The notes under the pieces are model-generated. The model saw nothing but the letters and a program-made list of their open reading frames with translations, made no database searches and was not told where the DNA came from. From a virus (Duplodnaviria > Caudoviricetes): a DNA stretch of 64,000 nucleotides. Of this stretch, positions 1 to 9,600 are shown one piece after another. Where the stretch lies: the IMG/VR virus record IMGVR_UViG_2920951204_000001, positions 75,476-139,475 of that record, one strand, 5' to 3'. The first letter of the stretch is position 1, and the number at the start of each line of letters is the position of its first letter. The translations under genes were made by a program, and so were the position numbers.

Positions 1-296
1 AGATATGTTTGATTGTACTCTTCTATCATTAATGAATAGATTTAATCTTCAGGTAGAACCAAATCAAAAAAGAGAAAATATATTTGATGTATTAGCAGCA
101 AATATATAACTATTGATGAAATGGATGGAGAATAATATAAATGAAAAATAAAACAACTTATTGAATCAACCAACAACAATCAATTAAAAAATTAAAGAGT
201 AAATGGGCGTTAGACCATTTACGAAGTTATTATACTTTTTTATATATTTATGCTTTTTTATATTACTCTTTATGCTTTTATACTATATACCTACTT

Positions 297-390
297 TTTG
301 GGAAAATTTTCACACAGAATTATATACCCCTTTGGGAAAATTTTCACACAAACTTAATGATAGCACTAAATTTTTGGGAAAATTTTCACA
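297..390 (+). repeat. Three direct repeats TTTGGGAAAATTTTCACA (297-314, 331-348, 373-390), iteron- or operator-like
   Basis: Exact 18-bp word seen three times just upstream of the RBS of the next gene. Confidence 0.85.
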
Positions 391-419
391 TAGAATTTTT
401 AATGAAAGGAGCGATTGAA

Positions 420-1229
420 ATAGACACTTATATTTACTTATCTGAAAAAGATAAACAAATAACCTCTGTTGGCTTTTCTAAAAAAGAAATTAAAAACCAC
501 AAAGGTATTTCAGGTCTTAAATATTATCTCATTATTTTATATTTAAGAAAACATGTGCAAACATTTGGACAAATTACACTCACACTCAATGATTTATTAC
601 AGGAATTTGGTTATTCTACAAAGACAAATAATAAATCTATTTATTCTGATTTTAGAGAAATCATTAAAACTGAAATTATAAATAAAGGATATGCAAGTTG
701 TAATAAAGATATATTTATTATTAAACCAAATGATTTATTCCATCTTCAAATGTCTTATGAAAACAATATTTTCTTCACAGAAGATAATTTTGTGCAGATT
801 ACTATTTTTGAATATGAAAATATTTGTTCCATTTCATCTAAAATAAATAAATCTGTTTTATTAGGCATTTATCTTTATATAAAACAGTTTATTATGGACT
901 ATTCAGGAGATATTACACCTGCTAAAATTTCTTTTCCGTCAAAATTGCAAATTGCAAAAGGACTAGATATTTCAGTTCAAACTGTCGAAAGCGGATTACT
1001 TGTATTGGAATCCAATAAATTAATTTATATACGTAGAGATATGTTTGTTGAGAACAAAAAAGAAGAAGGTATATATGTTCCTACACGAAATGTATATGCT
1101 CTTGATCCAAAAGAACTGGAAGGTAAATCTGTATTAATTGAATTAGAAAGAATATATGGAAAGAGAATATATAATAAGGAAGATGTACCTGGTGAAATAA
1201 GATATTTAACAAAGTCGAAAGGAGAATAG
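420..1229 (+). CDS. Putative DNA-binding/replication-associated protein (winged-helix-like); probable start ATA at 420, alternative ATG at 402
   Basis: Motif 'SFPSKLQIAKGLDISVQTVESGLLVLESNKLIYIRR' resembles a wHTH of phage replication proteins; RBS AAGGAG at 406-411. Confidence 0.5.
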   Translation: MDTYIYLSEKDKQITSVGFSKKEIKNHKGISGLKYYLIILYLRKHVQTFGQITLTLNDLLQEFGYSTKTNNKSIYSDFREIIKTEIINKGYASCNKDIFIIKPNDLFHLQMSYENNIFFTEDNFVQITIFEYENICSISSKINKSVLLGIYLYIKQFIMDYSGDITPAKISFPSKLQIAKGLDISVQTVESGLLVLESNKLIYIRRDMFVENKKEEGIYVPTRNVYALDPKELEGKSVLIELERIYGKRIYNKEDVPGEIRYLTKSKGE

Positions 1230-1231
1230 GA

Positions 1232-2269
1232 TTGAACTTTACAAGTGGTAGACATTTAGCAAATTACATATTAAAAATTTTTAAAAATAACGAGATAAAT
1301 ATTCCTGATGAATGTGTTGAAGACATTAAAGATTTATCAAAAATATTTACATATATAGAAAATCTTCCAAAAAATGTCAAGAATATTCTTGACCTATCAA
1401 ATGAATATTACAATTGGATTGTATTATCACAAAACGGAAAATATCAAGATTTATCTTCTATTTCCAAGGAAGGAAATGCAAATATTACAAAATTTACTAA
1501 TAATCCTTCGATTATTTCTTTTAATGAGGTATTTGAATCATTTGGATTGAATATGTCGTATGATTCATATTATTTACATCAAAAACCTAAACAAGATGAT
1601 ATTTATTACCCACATCATTTTAAGATATTGGAAGGTACTCACAAAATGGCAAAATGGAATATTACATTTTATGATAAACCAATAATTCCTAAAGAAGAAA
1701 ATTTTGGATGTTATTTCATCTATGATAATAATGATCAGCTAGTTTATATTGGCAAAAGCAACATTCATCTTCTTGAACGTGCTTGCGAGTCTGCGAGAGA
1801 AAGAACAAATGGTAACTTTTCAAGAATAGAATTATATCCGATGAAAACACAAGCTGATACAAATATATATGAATTATATTATATTGCACAATATGATCCA
1901 AAATACAATTCTGATTGTCGTTGCTTAGATAAACCTTCATTTATACTTCCAAAACAATTTCCAAAATATTCAGTTAATAGAGTTGGCACAGAAACATTTA
2001 ATGTTGAACAAATATCTGTAAATCCAAAATATATTCCAGTTGAGGAATATTGGGAGAATCCACAAAAATATTATCTACAACTTGGTGAAAAAATTAATAT
2101 GGAACATTTTTATCAATTTCATTCTCAGAATAAATATGGATTTATAAATGTTGAAGAATTTAGAAAACGTGTCACCGAGTTGCAAAATCAAGGTTATTTA
2201 ACTTATGTATATAAGGATATAGGAAATTGTTTTAGACAATTCTCAAATTCTCAACCAAGCAGAGAATAA
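1232..2269 (+). CDS. GIY-YIG nuclease domain protein
   Basis: 'GCYFIYDNNDQLVYIGKS...R...E...PKYN' matches the GIY-YIG signature. Confidence 0.75.
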   Translation: MNFTSGRHLANYILKIFKNNEINIPDECVEDIKDLSKIFTYIENLPKNVKNILDLSNEYYNWIVLSQNGKYQDLSSISKEGNANITKFTNNPSIISFNEVFESFGLNMSYDSYYLHQKPKQDDIYYPHHFKILEGTHKMAKWNITFYDKPIIPKEENFGCYFIYDNNDQLVYIGKSNIHLLERACESARERTNGNFSRIELYPMKTQADTNIYELYYIAQYDPKYNSDCRCLDKPSFILPKQFPKYSVNRVGTETFNVEQISVNPKYIPVEEYWENPQKYYLQLGEKINMEHFYQFHSQNKYGFINVEEFRKRVTELQNQGYLTYVYKDIGNCFRQFSNSQPSRE

Positions 2270-2368
2270 TAATATGTAATCATCTACTACTTCTACAATC
2301 TCATCATCTTCACTTCGAAAAAAATTTACAAAAAATAAAAATTAAATATAGAAAGGAAATTAAAAAAC

Positions 2369-2932
2369 TTGAAAAGACTTGAAAATAATAGACATAACAA
2401 TTTTGGAGGAATTATTGATATAAACGATTTCTCAACAAATACACCAAACAAAAAGAGAATAAATAATCAGATAGAAGCTGAATTACTTCAGAATGTTTTA
2501 TTGAAAAAGAAAAAAGAAAAAGAAATGGAGGAAAAATATAAACAAATGACACTTGAAGAATTAAAAGAAATGAGAATTATTTCAAATACTAACGGAAGAC
2601 CCTCTTCTAATCTTACTAATGACAAATGGCAAAAAGAATTTAATGTAAGAAAGCTGTTTATTAAGCCTTATCCTGCCAATATTAAAAAATTAACAGGAAA
2701 ATATTCCAAGGAATCTGGAATGTGGAACGAAGAAACACAAGGTACGTATTGTGGTTGTACTAATTGGCAATCTTATTGTTCATTTATTAATGATATATTA
2801 TCAAATATTCGAAGTGGACAAGTTGACTATTGTTATTACATATATCAAATCGAAGAACTTCTTAAATTTCATTATAACAATTTAAAGACAAAATATTGTG
2901 ACGGTTATTGGAAAGTGTGGTTAGAAAAGTAA
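2369..2932 (+). CDS. Hypothetical protein
   Basis: 187-aa ORF with RBS GAAAGGA. Confidence 0.7.
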   Translation: MKRLENNRHNNFGGIIDINDFSTNTPNKKRINNQIEAELLQNVLLKKKKEKEMEEKYKQMTLEELKEMRIISNTNGRPSSNLTNDKWQKEFNVRKLFIKPYPANIKKLTGKYSKESGMWNEETQGTYCGCTNWQSYCSFINDILSNIRSGQVDYCYYIYQIEELLKFHYNNLKTKYCDGYWKVWLEK

Positions 2933-2933
2933 T

Positions 2934-3155
2934 ATGTGTGAAATATGTCATCAAATACCGTGCGTACCGGGTTGTCCCAACTATGAACGACCACATAAAA
3001 CTAGTAACCGCTGCCATTTTTGTAATGATTATATCTGCGTTGGCGATGATTATGTTGTTAATTGGCTTGGAATGACAGCCCATTATCAATGTATGTCTAC
3101 CACCAAAGATGAACTTGAATGGTTGGGTTATGAAGTTAAAACTATGGATGAATAA
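2934..3155 (+). CDS. Small Cys/His-rich (zinc-binding) protein
   Basis: CxxC...C-x3-C...CxxC...HxxC pattern; coupled to the upstream ORF. Confidence 0.65.
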   Translation: MCEICHQIPCVPGCPNYERPHKTSNRCHFCNDYICVGDDYVVNWLGMTAHYQCMSTTKDELEWLGYEVKTMDE

Positions 3156-3191
3156 TGTGTCGTTTTTGAAAAATGTAGAAAGGAATTAATC

Positions 3192-3512
3192 ATGTATTGT
3201 TTTCAAAAGAAAGATGGAACTATTAAGAAACGTTATAAAGAAACTTTAAAATATATCACTACTTCAAGAATTAGACATAGTAAGATTACTTGTGGAAATA
3301 CTGAAGAAGTTGTCGATGAATATGATTGTTATGCCACTATTCCAAAGAAATTTACAGAATCCAGTAAAACATCTGTTATTAAAAAGATCAATGAAATTTG
3401 TATGGAATTTAGTTGTCAATATAAAATTTGGTACAGTCACGATGATATTCAAATTGAATTTAACGGTGATAATGTTGAATTCATGTTAAATAAAATAAAA
3501 AAATACTTATAA
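3192..3512 (+). CDS. Hypothetical protein
   Basis: RBS GAAAGGA, 106 aa. Confidence 0.7.
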   Translation: MYCFQKKDGTIKKRYKETLKYITTSRIRHSKITCGNTEEVVDEYDCYATIPKKFTESSKTSVIKKINEICMEFSCQYKIWYSHDDIQIEFNGDNVEFMLNKIKKYL

Positions 3513-3536
3513 AAGCATAACATAAAAGGAGGATAT

Positions 3537-6053
3537 ATGGCTGGTATTAGCGTACCTCAATACGAAATTTTTAAAATTGGAACAAATAAATTAAAATATT
3601 CTAATTGGGATTTACAGATTACAGAAAAGGAAGCCTTTAAATATCAAGAATTAATTTCATTGTTTCAAGGAAGACATTTCTTGATTATGGCAAATAAAAT
3701 ATTACATAAGAATATAAATGAAATAGATTTTTCAAAAATTTTTATTCAAATCGTAATAGATAGAAAAACAGATTTTACAAGAGCAACTGGTAAAAAAGGT
3801 ATAACTGTTAATGGAATAAACTATAGACGTTTTGTTGGAACAACAGGAGGATTGAAAAATAATACTCTTCTCTTTTGTAATTCACAATATATAGACAAGT
3901 TAAATGAACTATGTGAATGTAAAAGAAACCCAAAAGTAAAATTAGTGCCAGCAAAATATGAAGCATACAAAGCATTAACATGTTCAGCTTCACAACCAAT
4001 TTGTGATCCGCATGGGATTTTAGTTGTAAAAGATTGTATTACACAATATTTTGCAGATGTTATATCACTTGACGATAGCGATGGTTCAAAAGAACCAACA
4101 AGAGAATTTATTAAAAATAAACCTCTTGAAAATAATGTATCAGACGGTTTTAATCTTTGTACTATTCAATATATGCAGCGGGTAACTGAATCGTTAGGTC
4201 TTGATTATATTCCTGGTGGTGTATGTTTAAGAAATGCATGGCTCAAAGGAATGCTCTATCCGTTTCCTATTTATGAATTTATTGAAAAATATAATAATGG
4301 AAATTATATGATTGAAGATATTTGGGGTAATATTCAAGATATTCGTCAATGTGAGATGATTATTACAGAATCTTCTCTCAAATTATGGGGGGCGTATGAT
4401 AACATTGAGCAATATGTGAATGCATATAAGGAATGTGGATACGGATTTTCCGTAACAAAAATTTCACCACATGTTCTTGAGGAACAGAGAGAATTGAATT
4501 ACCAGTATCTTCAGTCGTATGAATTTACAGATGAAGATATTGAGGAGTTGTGTGCGCCAACGATCAAATATCTAAAAGATGCGATGTGTGGTGACTACTC
4601 TTCTACTATTAAGTTTCTTGGAATCAATGAAAACACAGATGTAAATTCATGGCAACATGCTTTATATACAAGTGAATATATGTTAGGAGATCCATATGTA
4701 ATAGATTCAGTACATAGATACATCAAAAAGAAAATGAATGATGCAAAAATCGGCAAATTATTTGTAAACGGTAATTATCAGATCGCAAGTGGTGATCCAT
4801 TTGCTCTTATGCAATCTATTTGTGGATTGAAAGTTACTGGTTTATTAAAAGCAAATGAGTGTTATTCTAAATTCTGGATTGATAAAAATGAGGAAGAAAT
4901 TGTTCTTTTTAGAAGTCCAATGACAAGTCACAATAATATTCGCATGTGTAGTGTTAATAACTCAGAAGAATGCCAATATTGGTATCAATACATGAACACT
5001 ATAATGATTATAAATGGTTGGGATTCGTTCTGTATGGCTGAGAATGGGGAAGATTGGGACTCGGATCTGAATTTTTCTACTAATAATCCAATTATGAAAA
5101 GAAGGTATAGATATTTACCCGCTATTGAATGTGTTCAAAGAAATGCAGAAAAAATTGTTGTTACCGAAGCTGCTGTTAAAAAGACAAATAAAGCAGGTAT
5201 GGGAAATCAAGTTGGAACAATTACAAACTATGTCACATCTATGATGGAAGTTCAATCTCATTTCAAGAAAAATTCGCCTGAATATAAAGAATTGGAATAC
5301 AGAATTGAATGTGGTCAGCTCTATCAACAGAATGAATTGGATAAAATCAAGGGAATCATTGCAAAGCCTATGGAAAGCAGTTGGTATAATTTAGGTGCTT
5401 GCGGAGAGAATAAATATTTGCAGTCCCTTTGTGCATACAGAAAACCATATTTTATGATTTATGTTTACGATGAGACTAAAAGACAATATAAGCAATATAT
5501 CAAAGAGAGTAATGCCAAGTGTTATGCTATCTATAAATGCTCTATTAAAGATTTGTATAATAATGACCATCTTACAGAAGATCAAGAAGATTTTCTTTTC
5601 TGGTACGAGAGAAAAATGCCAGTTGGTACAGGGAACTGTTCTATGAATCAAATTTGTAAATATGTTGAAAGTCAATTAGATGGTTACAAGTCTCAATTAC
5701 ATAAAGACTCTTCTTTTGACTATAACGTGTTAAAGGTAAAAAGACGTTGCACTGAAGAACATAGACAAGCACTTCGAGAACTCGAACAATATTATTGTGA
5801 ATGTGTTGCATCTTACAAAAAGAAACAGCATTTGAATGATAAGATGACTGCAAACGAAAATCGGAAATATTTGTGTAATTTTATCAAAGAAAAGGCAAAA
5901 ATAATTTGTCCAAACGATGATGAGCGTATGAACATTATTCTTGATATTACTTATGGATATAGGGGTAATCGGCAGTTTTGTTGGGACTGCATAGGAGAAC
6001 TAATTATTAAACGTTTAGAAGAAATGGAGGAAAATTTTGTATATACTGAATGA
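3537..6053 (+). CDS. yonO: YonO-like single-subunit DNA-dependent RNA polymerase (cellular RdRP-related two-barrel fold)
   Basis: 838 aa; 'FRSP' and catalytic 'GEDWDSD' (DxDxD) motifs; N-terminal 'DG' and 'R..KG' motifs; position upstream of YonK/YonJ/HU and head genes as in SPbeta. Confidence 0.85.
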   Translation: MAGISVPQYEIFKIGTNKLKYSNWDLQITEKEAFKYQELISLFQGRHFLIMANKILHKNINEIDFSKIFIQIVIDRKTDFTRATGKKGITVNGINYRRFVGTTGGLKNNTLLFCNSQYIDKLNELCECKRNPKVKLVPAKYEAYKALTCSASQPICDPHGILVVKDCITQYFADVISLDDSDGSKEPTREFIKNKPLENNVSDGFNLCTIQYMQRVTESLGLDYIPGGVCLRNAWLKGMLYPFPIYEFIEKYNNGNYMIEDIWGNIQDIRQCEMIITESSLKLWGAYDNIEQYVNAYKECGYGFSVTKISPHVLEEQRELNYQYLQSYEFTDEDIEELCAPTIKYLKDAMCGDYSSTIKFLGINENTDVNSWQHALYTSEYMLGDPYVIDSVHRYIKKKMNDAKIGKLFVNGNYQIASGDPFALMQSICGLKVTGLLKANECYSKFWIDKNEEEIVLFRSPMTSHNNIRMCSVNNSEECQYWYQYMNTIMIINGWDSFCMAENGEDWDSDLNFSTNNPIMKRRYRYLPAIECVQRNAEKIVVTEAAVKKTNKAGMGNQVGTITNYVTSMMEVQSHFKKNSPEYKELEYRIECGQLYQQNELDKIKGIIAKPMESSWYNLGACGENKYLQSLCAYRKPYFMIYVYDETKRQYKQYIKESNAKCYAIYKCSIKDLYNNDHLTEDQEDFLFWYERKMPVGTGNCSMNQICKYVESQLDGYKSQLHKDSSFDYNVLKVKRRCTEEHRQALRELEQYYCECVASYKKKQHLNDKMTANENRKYLCNFIKEKAKIICPNDDERMNIILDITYGYRGNRQFCWDCIGELIIKRLEEMEENFVYTE

Positions 6054-6798
6054 AAAAAAATATATTAGAGAGGTATTAGCGTCTGGCAACAAACCAGACA
6101 ATATCTCGAATGGATATCTAATAACACTGATTACCAAATATTATTTTGACAGAGGGAAAAATCCAAACGCGCTAATTGATATAGTCAAGCAAAAGATGCT
6201 TGAATTTAATATTGAAGGTTATCAAGAATATAGATATGCCAATAAAATCAAAAAATCATGCACTGAGCTATATGAATCAGAATCAAAGAATCTCTTTAGG
6301 GAACTTGAATACGTTCCTATCTATGAAAAAGAATTAAAAGTCGTGGAATCTCTTCCAAATGATCGCCAAAAGAAATTTATGTTTACATTATTTGCTATAG
6401 CAAGATATATGAATTGTGAAGGCTGGATAAATAAAAAAGACTCAAAAGGTCTTTCTGAAGTATTTAAACTTGCTAACGTTACTCTCTCATCTGAGAAAAA
6501 GAATAAATTACTATATGAATTATATAGCAATGGGTATATTCATTTTGGTAAAAAGGTAAATAATCTTAATATAAGAGTTGATTTAAGCGACACTAATGAT
6601 GACATCGCTTATAAAATCATTAAATTTGAAAATATTGGAAATCAATATATAGGTAATTTTAAAAAGGGTTATAAGCAATGCAAATGCTGTGGAAAAAAGA
6701 TAAAAGATACAGGAAATAAAAAAATGTATTGTAAAAAATGTGCGGAAGAAAAACAATTAGAATCTGATAGAAAATATAAAAATAAGACGAGAAATTGA
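6037..6798 (+). CDS. Hypothetical protein with C-terminal zinc ribbon
   Basis: CKCC...YCKKC; overlaps the yonO stop. Confidence 0.7.
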   Translation: MYILNEKKYIREVLASGNKPDNISNGYLITLITKYYFDRGKNPNALIDIVKQKMLEFNIEGYQEYRYANKIKKSCTELYESESKNLFRELEYVPIYEKELKVVESLPNDRQKKFMFTLFAIARYMNCEGWINKKDSKGLSEVFKLANVTLSSEKKNKLLYELYSNGYIHFGKKVNNLNIRVDLSDTNDDIAYKIIKFENIGNQYIGNFKKGYKQCKCCGKKIKDTGNKKMYCKKCAEEKQLESDRKYKNKTRN

Positions 6799-7155
6799 TT
6801 TTTGTCGATAAATAGAAAACTCCATTTTCCCCTTAAAAACAAGGCTTTTTTGTGCATTTTTTACAAAAAATTCGTTTTTCTTTGAATGGTATATAGTAAC
6901 ATATATACAATTTCAAATACAAAAACGATTGTCTTGGAAGAAACAAACCGACAATCTTTGTATGTCTGTTTTGCTACTTTTCAAGTAGCATTACAGACTA
7001 AAATTTATAGATAAAACTTTGCCTATAGGGTATTAATTACATACTTTGTCTTAAGTGACATTAATTCACGCAATTATTCATATTGTGTACTCTTTTCTTG
7101 TTGGTGACTGTACTACTGTTCTGGTAGTATGGTTGCCGACTATTCAAAAAAATAT

Positions 7156-7226
7156 CGCAGACGAGTGTAAAGGAAGCATGCGTGGCTCATACTCACGAGG
7201 AATACGTTCAATTCGTATGTCTGCAA
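7156..7226 (+). tRNA. tRNA-Met(CAT), initiator-like (C1:A72 mismatch), atypical
   Basis: Cloverleaf CGCAGAC/GTCTGCA, D stem GTGT/GCAT, anticodon arm CGTGG-CTCATAC-TCACG, T arm ATACG-TTCAATT-CGTAT; no encoded CCA. Confidence 0.75.
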
Positions 7227-7228
7227 TT

Positions 7229-7998
7229 CTCCTACTATGTAGGAATGGCTGGTTTCGGGTCATGAGATGTAAATCTCAAAATAAGCGTGGTGACACGTAT
7301 AAAGTGAGTATATCATGTATATATGCTTGCGACTACGGTTAGTAGTTTGACGGAAAACACATAGGATTTATACCTAATCTTCTATTCAAGGGCGACTGTT
7401 GGCGAATATGATTAGGTAGGTGTCATGGAAAAGGCACTGAACATAGAAATATGGGGATGATCCGTGTATAAATGGTGCGAATTCCGCAAGAATTAGTGCT
7501 GTTTAAATTGTCATAAAAGCATCTCAAGTCGAAAGATAGGTGTTTTGTGATGAAGTGTTTCGATAGCAAGAAAGACAGGATGGTGATAACTGGGCTGTAC
7601 TCAAAAGGTACGGATGGTTAAACGTACACCTCATCGTCCATATTTAGGTACATACTTTAATGCTTTGTAAGTCTTGTAGAAGAATTAATATTTTATATAC
7701 AGCAAAAGTGTGTGCGACTTTAGAGAAACAAACAACTTATTCATCTGCAATATGATGATATATAGCACTCGCAAGGTACTATATAAGAAAGTACAAGTAG
7801 ACGCAACCGTAAGAGATTCGCATTCTCTGAACCTCGCAAGGGACGATGTATCAAAAGAAAATCTATAATACTCTAAAGTAAGAGTTTACCAATTTTCACA
7901 AAATTGGCGTTGTTGCTACCTACTGTCTAATCGACAGTGTGATAAGTTGTGTCCAACCACAATAAATGGTAGCGTAATGAGTCAATATCTCAGCTCAT
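7229..7998 (+). ncRNA. Large ornate structured RNA (~770 nt), GOLLD-like candidate
   Basis: No credible ORF; higher GC; dense hairpins with GNRA-type loops and crossing long-range helices; sits between two tRNAs and ends at a terminator. Confidence 0.6.
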
Positions 7999-8005
7999 AT
8001 TAAAT

Positions 8006-8040
8006 AAAAGTCTCGTGTTTTACACGGGATTTTTCATTTT
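8006..8040 (+). terminator. Intrinsic terminator
   Basis: AAAGTCTCGTGT-TTT-ACACGGGATTT followed by T-rich tail. Confidence 0.7.
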
Positions 8041-8112
8041 TGGCATATAGAACAATGGTAGTTCAGCGCACTGTTAATGCGAAAGTTGCAGGTTCAAATC
8101 CTGCTATGCCAG
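8041..8112 (+). tRNA. tRNA-Asn(GTT)
   Basis: TGGCATA/TATGCCA acceptor, anticodon loop CTGTTAA, T arm GCAGG-TTCAAAT-CCTGC. Confidence 0.9.
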
Positions 8113-8161
8113 TTCTCTTCCACTACTTGTGGAAAATATATTATAAAGGATGTGAATTAAC

Positions 8162-8335
8162 ATAATTCAGATTAGTAAAAACGAAGCCTTAGAATTAAAT
8201 TCTATGGGATTTAAATTTGGTGACAGCGAAATGCTTCATAAGTCAAAAACACGTCATCCAAAGTATTATCTTACAGAAAATCCAAGAGCCTTGAGAACTT
8301 TAAATAAAATCAGAAAAAACAAAATCGTCAGATAG
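8162..8335 (+). CDS. Small hypothetical protein (57 aa) with ATA start, not in the ORF track
   Basis: AAAGGATGTGA RBS, then open frame IIQISKNEALELNSMGFKFG...KIVR*. Confidence 0.55.
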   Translation: MIQISKNEALELNSMGFKFGDSEMLHKSKTRHPKYYLTENPRALRTLNKIRKNKIVR

Positions 8336-8367
8336 ACGAAATATATAAGGAAAGGTGGTCGAAAACC

Positions 8368-9600
8368 ATCGGAAAGAAATTTTTCTTAGATACAAATGCT
8401 ATCTTAAAATTAAAAGATAATGCATTTGAAAATCATTTTATTATTAGTTCTGTAACATTAGAAGAACTAGAATCTATTAAAATATCTTCAAAAAAAGACG
8501 AAGAAGTCAAATATAGTTCCAGAAAAGTTTTACATTTATTAGACGAAAATACTGATAAATATGATGTAATTATTTATGACAACACAATTGAAAACCACAT
8601 ACTTGCTAACAATATGGAAATTACACCAGATACAAAAATAGTTGGATGTTGTTCTTTTGCCGAAAAAATATATCCAAATGATGAACTAGTTTTTGTTACT
8701 AATGATATTGCGTGCAAAATGATTGCAAGTAAGATATTTAATTTATCTGTTGAAAGTATTTCTGAGAATAATACAGATATTTATAAAGGTTATCGTGAAG
8801 TAACTTTAAATGAAGAAAAAATGGCTCATTTTTATGAAAACTTAAATGAGAACACGTTAAATTTATTAACAAACGAATATGTCATTCTCAAAGATTTAAA
8901 CAATAACGTTGTTGATAAATTAAAATGGGATGGAGAAACTTATCAAACAATCAGGTGTAAACCTTATAAATCAAACTCGTTTGGGACGCTTAAACCATTA
9001 GACGATATCCAAGCTTTTGCCATGGATTCAATCAACACTAATGATATTACTGTGTTATATGGCAAAGCAGGAAGTGGTAAAACTACTCTTCCACTTAATT
9101 ATATTATGCAGGAAATTGAAAAAGGCAGATATAAAAAATGTTATATAATTTATTCTTATGAACCATTAAAGGGTGCCAAAACACTTGGGTTTGAAAAGGG
9201 CGACCATATTACAAAATTAATTTACTCTGCTTCTATTGGCAACATACTTTCATCTAAATTCGGAGATATTCAGCAAGTTGAATATATGATAGATAGAGAT
9301 ATGTTAGAGATTATTCCTACTGCAAATATACGTGGTTGGGAGTGTCCAGAAAACAGTATTTTACTCTCCACAGAAAGTCAGAACTTAGATGTTTATACTC
9401 TCAAAACAATTATTCAGCGTTGCAAGTCTGGTTGTAAACAGATTTATGAAGGGGATGTAATTGAACAGAAAGATACTAATGTTCAAAACATTGGTATGAA
9501 TCGTTTAATCGAAGTATTTAAAGGACACAAAAGTTTTGGCTGCGTTAAGTTAAAAAATAATTATAGATCAGAACTCAGTGAGTTGGCTGATTTGATGTAA
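8368..9600 (+). CDS. phoH: PhoH-family ATPase with N-terminal PIN domain (PhoH2-like); start extended to ATC at 8368
   Basis: In-frame upstream extension 'IGKKFFLDTNA...VTLEELE' is a PIN motif; Walker A GKAGSGKT; 'IRG', 'ESQN' and 'EGD' PhoH motifs; RBS AAGGTGG. Confidence 0.85.
   Translation: MGKKFFLDTNAILKLKDNAFENHFIISSVTLEELESIKISSKKDEEVKYSSRKVLHLLDENTDKYDVIIYDNTIENHILANNMEITPDTKIVGCCSFAEKIYPNDELVFVTNDIACKMIASKIFNLSVESISENNTDIYKGYREVTLNEEKMAHFYENLNENTLNLLTNEYVILKDLNNNVVDKLKWDGETYQTIRCKPYKSNSFGTLKPLDDIQAFAMDSINTNDITVLYGKAGSGKTTLPLNYIMQEIEKGRYKKCYIIYSYEPLKGAKTLGFEKGDHITKLIYSASIGNILSSKFGDIQQVEYMIDRDMLEIIPTANIRGWECPENSILLSTESQNLDVYTLKTIIQRCKSGCKQIYEGDVIEQKDTNVQNIGMNRLIEVFKGHKSFGCVKLKNNYRSELSELADLM

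Noticed and set aside
203-418. 71-aa ORF with a hydrophobic N-terminus
   Set aside because: Translates the T-rich tract and the direct repeats and has no convincing RBS; probably spurious
7055-7342. 95-aa ORF in the track
   Set aside because: Overlaps tRNA-Met and the large structured RNA; no RBS; atypical composition
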